Virus record (IMG/VR): IMGVR_UViG_3300027770_000029
DNA: 64,000 bases
DNA from: a virus
Direction: 5' to 3' (one strand)
The notes beneath the pieces are model-generated. The model was given only the letters and a program-made list of their open reading frames with translations. It was not told the origin of the DNA and did no database searches. Position numbers and translations under genes: made by a program. Positions 29,085 through 37,112 of the stretch are shown piece after piece (position 1 is the stretch's first letter; the number at the start of each line of letters is the position of its first letter).

Positions 29085-29264
29085 GGGATGCACGGACCCA
29101 GGGGGAGCGAGACTTCCTGGGTCCGTGCAACGGCGGGGAGGACCTGGTATATTGATCTCACGGTGGCGGTAACCACCACGGGGTTCGAATCCCCGGGGTC
29201 CACCGAAACGATGCAAGTCCAGCAAGAACCTGGTAAGATCTTCTTACCAACCACGGAGTCAATC

Positions 29265-29672
29265 ATGGAATCGATCCTCACCAATCTCTCCCTCACCGTC
29301 CCGGTCACCGTCAACGCCCTCCAGAAGGCCACCGGCCTCGGGGCCACGGCCCTCACGATGGCCCTGGTGGGGCTCGGTGGGAAGGTGACCGCCGTCCCCG
29401 AGGGTCTCCTCCTCGCCCCGGACTCGACGACCCCCGCCAAGGCCTCGGGCCCCCGTGGTCCCACGGCGAAGGTCCGGCCCCGGCTCGAAGCATGCAAGGC
29501 CAAGTTCCTCGAGATGGCTGGGTCCGGTGTGACGGCCAAGGGCCTCCTGGAAGCGGCGGACGGCCAGTTCCTCTACACCGACATCCTCCTGGTCGCCAAG
29601 GAACTGATGGCCTCCGGGGCCATCCAGGAGTCCCGGAAGGGCCGGAAGGCCACCTGGGTCCTGGGGTCCTGA
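29265..29672 (+). CDS. Winged-helix family paralog 4
   Basis: Same motif; closest to 33544. Confidence 0.8.
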   Translation: MESILTNLSLTVPVTVNALQKATGLGATALTMALVGLGGKVTAVPEGLLLAPDSTTPAKASGPRGPTAKVRPRLEACKAKFLEMAGSGVTAKGLLEAADGQFLYTDILLVAKELMASGAIQESRKGRKATWVLGS

Positions 29673-29795
29673 CCGGTCGGCCCGGCCTGGGGGACGATGG
29701 GTCCCCCGGGATTCGGTGCAACCCTCCTCCCACCGTGGTATAGTCTTCTTGTTGGTGGGGAACACCAACAGCAACCAACCAGCCAAGGAGCTCAC

Positions 29796-30014
29796 ATGGA
29801 CAAGACCATCGCCTTCACCACCCCCGCCCAGATCGACGCCTTCCGCCTCCTCACCCTCCGCGGGGCCCTCAAGCTGGAGTCGGTGGGCCTGAAGCGTCGA
29901 GGCCCCTCGGCCCTCACCCTGGTGAAGAAGGAGACCGGCATCAAGGCCCGCACGGCCAAGGAGGCCCTCCCTCTCTTCGAGGCCCACCTCCGCGGGCTCG
30001 GCATCCTGGCCTGA
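29796..30014 (+). CDS. Conserved small phage protein (FRLLTLRGALKLE)
   Basis: Promoter 29716 plus SD. Confidence 0.7.
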   Translation: MDKTIAFTTPAQIDAFRLLTLRGALKLESVGLKRRGPSALTLVKKETGIKARTAKEALPLFEAHLRGLGILA

Positions 30015-30088
30015 TGGTGGCAGGGGGTCGGCGGGTTCCATGCAATCCGTCGGCCCGCCTGGTATAACTGAACCATCAAGGAGGCAAC

Positions 30089-30343
30089 ATGGACACGATC
30101 AATACCATCATCACGAACGCCCAGGTCATCGCCCACGCCCACATCGACTGGAGCCCCACGGCGGGCCCGATCTGGCTCGTGGGGACGGCGGTCGTCTGGT
30201 TCGTGATGGCCACCGTCTGGACCACCCTGGGCATCCGCGCCGAGCGTCGTCAGGCGCGGTCGACCCTCTACCGGCAGGCTGAGCGGGTCGGTCACCTCAG
30301 GGACCGGGTACGGGTCGGCGCCGGTTACCAGGAAACGGTGTAA
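30089..30343 (+). CDS. Small membrane protein
   Basis: Promoter 30040, TM segment. Confidence 0.65.
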   Translation: MDTINTIITNAQVIAHAHIDWSPTAGPIWLVGTAVVWFVMATVWTTLGIRAERRQARSTLYRQAERVGHLRDRVRVGAGYQETV

Positions 30344-30884
30344 CGGCCCCGCCGGCATGGTATACTGATCTCACCAACCAACCAAGGAGTTCAAATGCTC
30401 GCTCTCTTCTTCGCCCTCTTCACCGGTCACAACACCGAGCCGGTCGTCACCCCCGAGGCCCTCATCATCACCCCCGACTTCGATGCGATCTGGGTGCCCG
30501 AGGGGGTCACCGGTCCCATCGTGGCCGCCCCCCTCGATGAGCGGGCCTTCGAGGCCTCGGGTGAGTGAGCCCACGAGCCCGGCCGGGTGGGTCGCCATCG
30601 TGGTGGCCCTCCTGCTCCCGGTGGTCACCACCTGGGCGGTGATCACGAACACCGGGGAGCGACGGAGCGAGGCCGAGGTCCGCTTCCACATCGACCTCCA
30701 GCGGCAGCTCGATCGCCAGGCCAGGGAGCTCCAGGAGCTTCGGGCGACGGTCGAGGAGCAGGCCCAGGAGATCAGGTCCTACGATCGCGAGCTCGACCAG
30801 ATCGTGGAGGCCGTCGACGATCCCTCGTGAAACCGTGCAATTCCCTGGCCGCCGTGGTATATTGATCTCACAACGGAGGAAGGA

Positions 30885-31070
30885 ATGAAGAGCAAGTACG
30901 TCATCACCGCCGACCACGGTCACGGCCTCGTCTACCTGGTTCACGGGGGCGGAGCGTTCGCCTGGTGGACCCCCCACAAGTCGATGGCCTCCCACTTCAG
31001 GGGCCTCGAGCTCGCCAACAGCCTGGTGAAGGCCAGGGGTGGGAGGGTTCACCGGGTGGTGGTCCCGTGA
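30885..31070 (+). CDS. Hypothetical protein
   Basis: Promoter 30835 plus SD. Confidence 0.7.
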   Translation: MKSKYVITADHGHGLVYLVHGGGAFAWWTPHKSMASHFRGLELANSLVKARGGRVHRVVVP

Positions 31071-31315
31071 CCTGGCCGCCTGGTCCAGGTGAGCTCTGGT
31101 TGGCCACCGACCGATGGCCACCGACGGAATTGGAGCCGGGGATCGAGGGAGGTGACCTGGTGATGGTCATCCGGAGTGAGGTGATGGAGTCCTGGGCGGG
31201 GCCGAACTGGTGGCGCGGGGAGGTCCTGGCACCCGGCGGTCGGCGGTTCATACGGGCGGTCGAGGGTGACCTCATCCCGGGTGACGACCCCCGCATCTGT
31301 GCACCGGCTGCCTGA
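31067..31315 (+). CDS. SH3-like protein (PGELW...GGDLVMV)
   Basis: GTGA overlap. Confidence 0.55.
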   Translation: MTWPPGPGELWLATDRWPPTELEPGIEGGDLVMVIRSEVMESWAGPNWWRGEVLAPGGRRFIRAVEGDLIPGDDPRICAPAA

Positions 31316-31348
31316 CCGTGGTATAGTTAGATCATCAAGGAGGGACGG

Positions 31349-31516
31349 ATGAACGAGTTCAAGTCCCACATCGAAGGCTGGTGGAAGGGTGGCAAGACCT
31401 GCCCATGCTGCGTTGAGGTCAAGGACAAGCAGCGCACCCGACGGGCGGCGCGGCGTCGCCTGAAACAGGCGGACCGAGTGCGCGACGCTCGCGCGGAATC
31501 CCAGGAAGCTGAATAG
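31349..31516 (+). CDS. 55-aa basic protein with CPCC
   Basis: Promoter 31299 plus SD, manual translation. Confidence 0.6.
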   Translation: MNEFKSHIEGWWKGGKTCPCCVEVKDKQRTRRAARRRLKQADRVRDARAESQEAE

Positions 31517-31553
31517 TTAGAGGAGCGCCGGCGGACCCGGCAGAGGAGACAGA

Positions 31554-31796
31554 ATGGCATTGACAGAGAGCAAGCTCCGTCGGATCATCCGCGAGGAGGC
31601 TGGCAAGATGATGAGAGAGGGACACTGGGATGATGATGACGGTGGCGACGAGGACGACGACTACTGGGATCGCGAGTTCGATGACGACTCCGATGACGAG
31701 TACGATGCAATCAAGGACTACGCCGCGATGACCGGCCAGGACAAGGACACGGTCTTCCGTGACCGGATGGCGGGACGTTACGGTCGCAGACGCTGA
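31554..31796 (+). CDS. Acidic protein with N-terminal LTESKLRRIIREE tag
   Basis: Late motif ATAGTTA at 31513. Confidence 0.75.
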   Translation: MALTESKLRRIIREEAGKMMREGHWDDDDGGDEDDDYWDREFDDDSDDEYDAIKDYAAMTGQDKDTVFRDRMAGRYGRRR

Positions 31797-31929
31797 GGCG
31801 GGAGCTGACATCGGTCTGATGTCAAGGGACCCTCCGGGGTCCCTTCGTCGTTTCATGCATCGGCCCTGCACCTGTGGTATTGTATTCTTGTTGGTGGGGA
31901 TGGACCCCACCGGAAACGAGGAGGACAAG

Positions 31930-32229
31930 ATGCCGAACAAGACCTGGACCCGCGGTGAGATCGAGGAGATGCTCCGGACGAACGATCGCGCCGTGGAGCG
32001 CGCGATGGTGGCGATCTGGGAGCGCCAGACCCAGGACGAGCAGGTGACCCAGACGGTCCGCCACCACAACAACAAGGGGTTCACCGGCTGGTCGGCCAAG
32101 TCGGGAACCTACTTCGCTGAGTGGGTCCAGTCCGGGCGCCGGCTCACCGGGAAGCACCTCGACAAGGCCCGCCGGATCGCCCTCCACCATGCCGGCCAGC
32201 TCACGGACTTCGCCAACGGGGTCCGGTGA
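31930..32229 (+). CDS. Conserved phage protein (AVERAMVAIWERQT...NNKGF)
   Basis: Promoter 31855 plus SD. Confidence 0.75.
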   Translation: MPNKTWTRGEIEEMLRTNDRAVERAMVAIWERQTQDEQVTQTVRHHNNKGFTGWSAKSGTYFAEWVQSGRRLTGKHLDKARRIALHHAGQLTDFANGVR

Positions 32230-32281
32230 ACGGTGCAAAGGTGACCGGACCGTGGTATAACTGAATCATCAAGGAGGCCAA

Positions 32282-32500
32282 ATGAGCAATCTCGAGTTCA
32301 CCGCCCGCGCCAACACCACCTGCGACTCCTGCGGTCGGCACACCAAGGTGGGGTTCTACCACCTCCACAACGGGACCCCGGTCCTGTTCGACTGCCCGCC
32401 CTGCGCGGAGCGGATCGTCGGCACCAAGGCCGTCGCGGAGGCGGTGGAGGAGCACAGGGGTCACGCCTTCCGGTGGATGGAGGCCCAGCCGGCGGGCTGA
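32282..32500 (+). CDS. Zn-ribbon protein (CDSC...CPPC)
   Basis: Promoter 32233. Confidence 0.7.
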   Translation: MSNLEFTARANTTCDSCGRHTKVGFYHLHNGTPVLFDCPPCAERIVGTKAVAEAVEEHRGHAFRWMEAQPAG

Positions 32501-32555
32501 GCTCCGTGCAAGGTGACGGCAGCCATGGTATATTCTAATCACAACGGAGGCAATC

Positions 32556-32816
32556 ATGGACTTCTTCAAGCTGCTCGTCACCCTGCCCGACCACTCCGAG
32601 ATGGGGATGGGGGGCCTCATCACCTCGGTCCCGACCTGGGAGGCGAAGTACGGTCCGGACTGGTCCACGGTCGAGCTCCTGTCCTGCGCCGATGGCCTCG
32701 AGGCCCGGGCCGAGGCGAACACCGGTGTGGAGTGGGGTGACATCCGGTCCCGTCACCAGAACTTCGAGAAGGCCCACTTCCTCCGGCGGGTGGCGTCGGA
32801 ACGGTTCGGTGGGTAG
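32556..32816 (+). CDS. Hypothetical protein
   Basis: Promoter 32506. Confidence 0.7.
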   Translation: MDFFKLLVTLPDHSEMGMGGLITSVPTWEAKYGPDWSTVELLSCADGLEARAEANTGVEWGDIRSRHQNFEKAHFLRRVASERFGG

Positions 32817-32881
32817 AGGACCCAGGGGTCCGTGCAACGGTCGGTCGGCCATGGTATAGTTCTTTCATCAAGGAGGCAATC

Positions 32882-33169
32882 ATGAACGGTTTCATCATCA
32901 CGCTCCCTTCCTCCCGCGGCGAGTCCATCTACCTGGTGGATCCGGCCCGGGTCGGTCACCCGGTCACCACCCACTACCCCTGGGCCCGGGCCGACTTCGT
33001 GGCCACCGTCTTCCCCACCCAGGAGTCTGCGCAGGCTGCCCTGGACAAGATGAAGGGGATCCACCACTACATCGCCCCCGAGGTCAACGGTGGTCTCACC
33101 AAGCGGCTCGATCAGGCCCGGGTGGTATCCACTGCTCAGGTTCGAGGGGTCATGCTCGAGGCCCTCTGA
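32882..33169 (+). CDS. Hypothetical protein
   Basis: Promoter 32832. Confidence 0.7.
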   Translation: MNGFIITLPSSRGESIYLVDPARVGHPVTTHYPWARADFVATVFPTQESAQAALDKMKGIHHYIAPEVNGGLTKRLDQARVVSTAQVRGVMLEAL

Positions 33170-33222
33170 GGCCCGTGCAAACCTGGTGGCGGTGGGGTAT
33201 ACTGATCTAGCAAGGAGCAAAC

Positions 33223-33456
33223 ATGGACCTCTTCATCAACGCCTTCTCGTTCACCTTCGGCATCCTGGCGGCCCTCGCCTGCGTCCCGGTCCTCTTCATC
33301 TTCGTGATGGTCCTCCTCCCCAACCTGCTCGGGGCCGCCGTCACCCTGCACTCCTCGAAGGAGCACAAGGCCAAGAAGTGGAACCGGGCGGTCGAGCTCG
33401 GGGACGAGAGCCAGATGAAGTTCATGCGCAAGTGGGGTTGGGACAAGGCCGCCTGA
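33223..33456 (+). CDS. Small membrane protein
   Basis: Promoter 33175, hydrophobic N-terminal half. Confidence 0.65.
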   Translation: MDLFINAFSFTFGILAALACVPVLFIFVMVLLPNLLGAAVTLHSSKEHKAKKWNRAVELGDESQMKFMRKWGWDKAA

Positions 33457-33543
33457 TTCCGTGCAACCCTCCTCCCACCGTGGTATATTCTTCTTGTTGG
33501 TGGGGAACACCAACGGCAACAACAAACGGCCAAGGAGCCAATC

Positions 33544-33966
33544 ATGAGCACCGACCTCCTCTCCCTCCTCTCCACCACCCCGGTCACCTTCAACGCCCTC
33601 CAGAAGGCCTCCGGCCTCTCGGCCACCAACCTGGCCCTCGGCCTGGTCGGCCTGGGTGGCAAGGTGACGGTCCAGGACGGTGGTCTGGTCCTCGCCCCGG
33701 AACCCCAGGTCCAGGCCAAGGAGAAGGCCCCCACCGGCCCCCGTGGACCCACGGCCAAGGTCCAGCCCCGTCTGGATGCCTGCCGGTCCCTCCTCCTGAC
33801 CATGGTCGGTGGGGCGGAGGGGGTCACGGCGAAGGCCCTCCTGGAGGCCGGTGGTGGGGCCTTCGTCTACACGGACATCCTCCTGGTGGCCCGTGAGGAG
33901 CTGGCCAAGGGGACCATCCAGGAGAGCCGGAAGGGCCGGAAGGCCACCTGGGTGGCCGGTTCCTAA
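33544..33966 (+). CDS. Winged-helix family paralog 5
   Basis: Same motif. Confidence 0.8.
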   Translation: MSTDLLSLLSTTPVTFNALQKASGLSATNLALGLVGLGGKVTVQDGGLVLAPEPQVQAKEKAPTGPRGPTAKVQPRLDACRSLLLTMVGGAEGVTAKALLEAGGGAFVYTDILLVAREELAKGTIQESRKGRKATWVAGS

Positions 33967-34076
33967 CCCGGTCGGACCGGTGGGACCTGGGGGTGCTGGT
34001 GGCCCTCCGGACCCTTCGCCGTTTCGGTGCAACCCCGCCGGCGGCATGGTATAGTTCTTTCATCAAGGAGGAAGGA

Positions 34077-34241
34077 ATGAGTCTCAAGCAATGGTACAAG
34101 CGGCGCGCGGATCGTGACTCGGGTGCCGAGGATCTGGCCCCTCCCCGTGAGCAGGTGTGTTACACCGCGGCCGCGCCCCGCCACCCGGTCCCCCTGACCG
34201 TGACGCCTCCGCCCCCGAGGAAGCTCACCGCCCCGGACTGA
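34077..34241 (+). CDS. Small hypothetical protein
   Basis: Promoter 34027 plus SD. Confidence 0.55.
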   Translation: MSLKQWYKRRADRDSGAEDLAPPREQVCYTAAAPRHPVPLTVTPPPPRKLTAPD

Positions 34242-34294
34242 TCCTGTGCAAGCCCGATGACGGCATGGTATATTGTTCTTACAAGGAGGCAATC

Positions 34295-34549
34295 ATGACG
34301 CACTTCATCACCGACGAGCACGGCAACCGGACCTTCGAGCACGCCGGATGGCGGGTCAGGATCTGGAGTGGACGGGGTGATGTCCCGACCGTGACCGCCC
34401 CGGGGAGCAGCGAGGACGTGGAGATCTGGCCCGAGGGCATCCGCGTGTACGGGGAGTCCCATGTGGGGCGGGAGACCAGCCCCCGCGCCGTCATCCTCCC
34501 CTGGCCCGTGGTCGAGGCGATTGTTGCCGCCCGTGCAATCGTCGGCTGA
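34295..34549 (+). CDS. Hypothetical protein
   Basis: Promoter 34246 plus SD. Confidence 0.65.
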   Translation: MTHFITDEHGNRTFEHAGWRVRIWSGRGDVPTVTAPGSSEDVEIWPEGIRVYGESHVGRETSPRAVILPWPVVEAIVAARAIVG

Positions 34550-34584
34550 ACCTGGTATAACCTTCTTACCAAGGAGAGAGCAAC

Positions 34585-34782
34585 ATGAACAAGCCCGAAA
34601 CCAACGGTTACCTCGCCGCCGTCACGGCCCAGCTTCGCGCGGTGGAGGCCGCGCTCAACGAGATCAACAGGACCGGTGACCTCACCGGCGTCGCGTTCGA
34701 CGTCTTCCGGGAGGTCCGGATGGATGTCATCAACGCCGGGGCGAAGCTCGACACCGTCCGCAGCTGGAACCTCCGCGACTGA
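34585..34782 (+). CDS. Small helical protein
   Basis: Promoter 34533 plus SD. Confidence 0.7.
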   Translation: MNKPETNGYLAAVTAQLRAVEAALNEINRTGDLTGVAFDVFREVRMDVINAGAKLDTVRSWNLRD

Positions 34783-35052
34783 TCCTGTGCAACCCGGGCG
34801 GCGGCGTGGTATAACCTTCTTACAAGGAGCCAATCATGAACGCCAACATCACCAACAACGACCTCGAGATCATCGCCCTGGGCCTGGACGGGAGCCTCCG
34901 GCGCGCGAAGGACCAGTTGATCCACGGTGTCCAGACCCTCCTGGTCGGACGGTCGAGCACACCCACCACACGACGACCCGGTACCTGATGACGTGAGGGA
35001 TCCGTGCAAGGCGGTCGGCTCCATGGTATAACTGTATCATCAAGGAGGCAAG

Positions 35053-35247
35053 ATGCAGAAGGAAGGAACCACGACCTACGGCTCGAACGGCGCTCACACC
35101 TGGACGGTCTGGGTCGCCCGGTACGGTGGGTGGCGCTGGGAGGTCTCGGGTCCCCTCGGCTGGATGGAGAGTGGCGGGGCAGCGAGCAAGGGGGATGCCT
35201 TCATCGCCCTCCGGCAGGTCCTCCTCCGGCGGGGGGAAACGGTGTAA
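35053..35247 (+). CDS. Hypothetical protein
   Basis: Promoter 35004 plus SD. Confidence 0.65.
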   Translation: MQKEGTTTYGSNGAHTWTVWVARYGGWRWEVSGPLGWMESGGAASKGDAFIALRQVLLRRGETV

Positions 35248-35296
35248 CGGTCCTGACCCCGTGGTATAACTGAATCATCAAGGAGGAAGGAACAAC

Positions 35297-35560
35297 ATGA
35301 ACGCCACCGACATCCAGATCGAGCTCCACGGTTTCCACTCGGACGTCTACAAGGAGGTCCACAACATCCGCCCCCGTTGGCTCCGCCCGGAGGACCGGAC
35401 GGCCGAGGAGTGGCAGGCGATGATCTCCCGCCTGATCGAGGAGGGTCAGGAGCTCGCCCGCAGGGAGCAGGAGGAGGCCGAGGCCCACGCGCGGTGGCAG
35501 GCCGAGGTGACGGCGTGCAAGCCCCTTCGGGTGCCCCTGGCGGCCTTCCTCCGGCTCTAG
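35297..35560 (+). CDS. Conserved phage protein (HSDVYKEVHNIRPRW)
   Basis: Promoter 35242; SDxYKxxxGxRPR-like motif. Confidence 0.75.
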   Translation: MNATDIQIELHGFHSDVYKEVHNIRPRWLRPEDRTAEEWQAMISRLIEEGQELARREQEEAEAHARWQAEVTACKPLRVPLAAFLRL

Positions 35561-35615
35561 GAGCCCGTGCAACGCCGGCGACAGCCTGGTATAACTGAAT
35601 CATCAAGGAGGCAGC

Positions 35616-35804
35616 ATGCAGACGGAACGCATCGGCATCACCGAGCTCTTCGAGCGGGTCGAGGCCTTCAAGGCGGCGGACCCCCGCAACGGTGGAAGCA
35701 CCGACGAGATGGTCTCCCTCTACGTCGACGTCAGTGCAATCATCCGCGCGGCTGGCTGGGGGATCTGGGAGTACGAGGCTGCCCTCAGCTACGTGCCCGC
35801 GTAA
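35616..35804 (+). CDS. Hypothetical protein, last gene of the early array
   Basis: Promoter 35567. Confidence 0.7.
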   Translation: MQTERIGITELFERVEAFKAADPRNGGSTDEMVSLYVDVSAIIRAAGWGIWEYEAALSYVPA

Positions 35805-36200
35805 CCCCGGCAGGGGGCGGGGCCCCAAGGTTACAGTTACAGGTTACAGGGGCCCCAAATTGTCAGTGGGGGGCGGGCCCCATTGATATGTGACAGGGCC
35901 CCCCTAAATTAATGGGGCCCCCGCCCCCGGGGCCCCGGCCTACTCTGTGGGGGGTCCCCCGGCAGCGGCCGCCAAGCCCCTTCTCACAAAATTTTTCCGG
36001 AGAGTTTTTCCAAACAACCTATTCCCCCTGAGCGCTCGTGGCATGGAATCGCCGCCCCATTTTCCTGCGGAACTCACATTTCCCGAGGGCCCCGCCCACC
36101 CGAAAATTTTTCGGGAGATTTTTCGAGGATTTCGGGTCCCCCTGAGCGCCCGTAGCAGAGTTTTCCTCCAGAACCCCCGCGCGAAGCGCGGGGGCGTATA
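35805..36200. repeat. Non-coding boundary with GGGGCCCC palindromes, GTTACA x3 and duplicated A/T-tract block
   Basis: About 6 GGGCCCC; AAAATTTTTC...TTTTTC at ~35988 and ~36102; CCCCTGAGCGCYCGTRGCA at ~36025 and ~36140. Confidence 0.7.
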
Positions 36201-36236
36201 CTTAACCCCAGCTGGATGCAGCGAGGAGATTTTAGC

Positions 36237-37100
36237 ATGGCAATCACGGAAAGCAGGATCCGTCGGATCATCAGGGAAGAGGTTGAGCAGGCTGTCGATG
36301 AGATGGCATACGCGGGTGACCTCGGGGTGCGGAGGAGCGCAGATCAGGAGACTGACAGCTTCATCTCCTCCAACCTCTCGGACATGGGCGTCAATCGCTC
36401 GGGCGCTGAGAAGTACGCCCGCTCGGGTCGCTTCAAGACCCTCGCGAAGCGGCACTTCGACAACATTCCTTACAACGTCTGGGTCGCCCCGCTCATTGGG
36501 ATCGGCGCCGAGGCGGGTGTCGGAGACGATCCTGAGTATGGGAATCGTGGCAGGGTCCTCGATCTCGTTCCTAAGGGTATCGAGATGCTCGAGCGTCTCG
36601 GTTTTGAGGCACCCGCCCGGGTGGGCAGGGGCGATCTCGTCATCCTCTACTCGGCGATGGGGGTCGACCCCAATTTCCTCGCGACGCCCTGGATGGTGAT
36701 GCACTCGATCTTCGATACGAACTCGATGACCGAAAAGCTCATCCCGGGTTTCAGTGAGCTCAACACCCACCTTGTCTACGGTGATGCGGAGCTCGAGGAT
36801 GATGCGCTGCTGCCCCTCGTGAACCTGACCGATAACGCCGAGGCGACGGAGGATGTCACCCAGACCCTCACGATGGCCTCGGCCCGGAATGGGCAGCTCT
36901 CAAGTGGAGGCGATATCCTCGCCGAGATGATGTGCCAGGAGCTCCTCACGAAGGGCGGGCTCCGGATCGACTTCAACACCGTGCAGGAGAAGCCGGAGAT
37001 GGCGCGGGCGATCCGCGCGCTCGCCCGCCACGTGAAGCGGATGGCCGCCGATTTCCGTCGGAACGCGCAGGGCAAGCTCATCGTGACAGCAACGAACTGA
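36237..37100 (+). CDS. Hypothetical (possibly virion) protein with ITESRIRRIIREE tag
   Basis: Late motif, SD GAGGAG. Confidence 0.8.
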   Translation: MAITESRIRRIIREEVEQAVDEMAYAGDLGVRRSADQETDSFISSNLSDMGVNRSGAEKYARSGRFKTLAKRHFDNIPYNVWVAPLIGIGAEAGVGDDPEYGNRGRVLDLVPKGIEMLERLGFEAPARVGRGDLVILYSAMGVDPNFLATPWMVMHSIFDTNSMTEKLIPGFSELNTHLVYGDAELEDDALLPLVNLTDNAEATEDVTQTLTMASARNGQLSSGGDILAEMMCQELLTKGGLRIDFNTVQEKPEMARAIRALARHVKRMAADFRRNAQGKLIVTATN

Positions 37101-37112
37101 GGGGACAGCATC

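Larger units (their letters stand above)
550..35600 (+). promoter_or_regulatory. Array of 75 near-consensus sigma70-type early promoters (RTGCAA-N17-TATRRY with extended -10 TGG)
   Basis: -35 starts (+/-2 nt): 550,1888,2528,3785,4221,4448,5109,5796,5891,7344,8970,9661,10294,10786,11448,11749,12879,13477,13988,14895,15198,15713,15763,16407,16974,17404,18317,18584,18847,19067,19350,19442,20045,20534,21041,21443,21815,22174,22456,22973,23379,24149,25360,25929,26127,26225,26527,26619,27117,27414,27594,27964,28301,28570,28659,29125,29211,29716,30040,30338,30835,31299,31855,32233,32506,32832,33175,33461,34027,34246,34533,34787,35004,35242,35567. Four more at 40099, 40879, 43934, 46163. Spacing is 17 nt and most are followed by GGAGG and ATG. 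Confidence 0.9.

Noticed and set aside
19494-33966. Diversity-generating retroelement explaining the paralogs
   Set aside because: No reverse transcriptase, and differences between copies are not adenine-specific.
4760-34047. Long minus-strand ORFs (e.g. 4760..6034, 5970..7145, 13332..14636, 19383..21077, 25706..26947, 33136..34047)
   Set aside because: These are shadow ORFs of GC-rich + strand genes. They have no SD or promoter, span several genes and have no domain motifs.
550-35600. Repeated motif read as a CRISPR array
   Set aside because: The repeats have a variable 17-nt core, the intervals are 50-1600 nt and encode ORFs, and there are no cas genes. The motif fits a -35/-10 promoter.
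550-35600. Integron cassette array
   Set aside because: No integrase in the window and no attC-type R/L-box palindromes. The cassettes carry their own promoters.
35940-36770. ORFs 35947..36699(+) and 35940..36770(-) across the boundary
   Set aside because: Low-complexity translations over repeats that overlap the well-supported gene at 36237.
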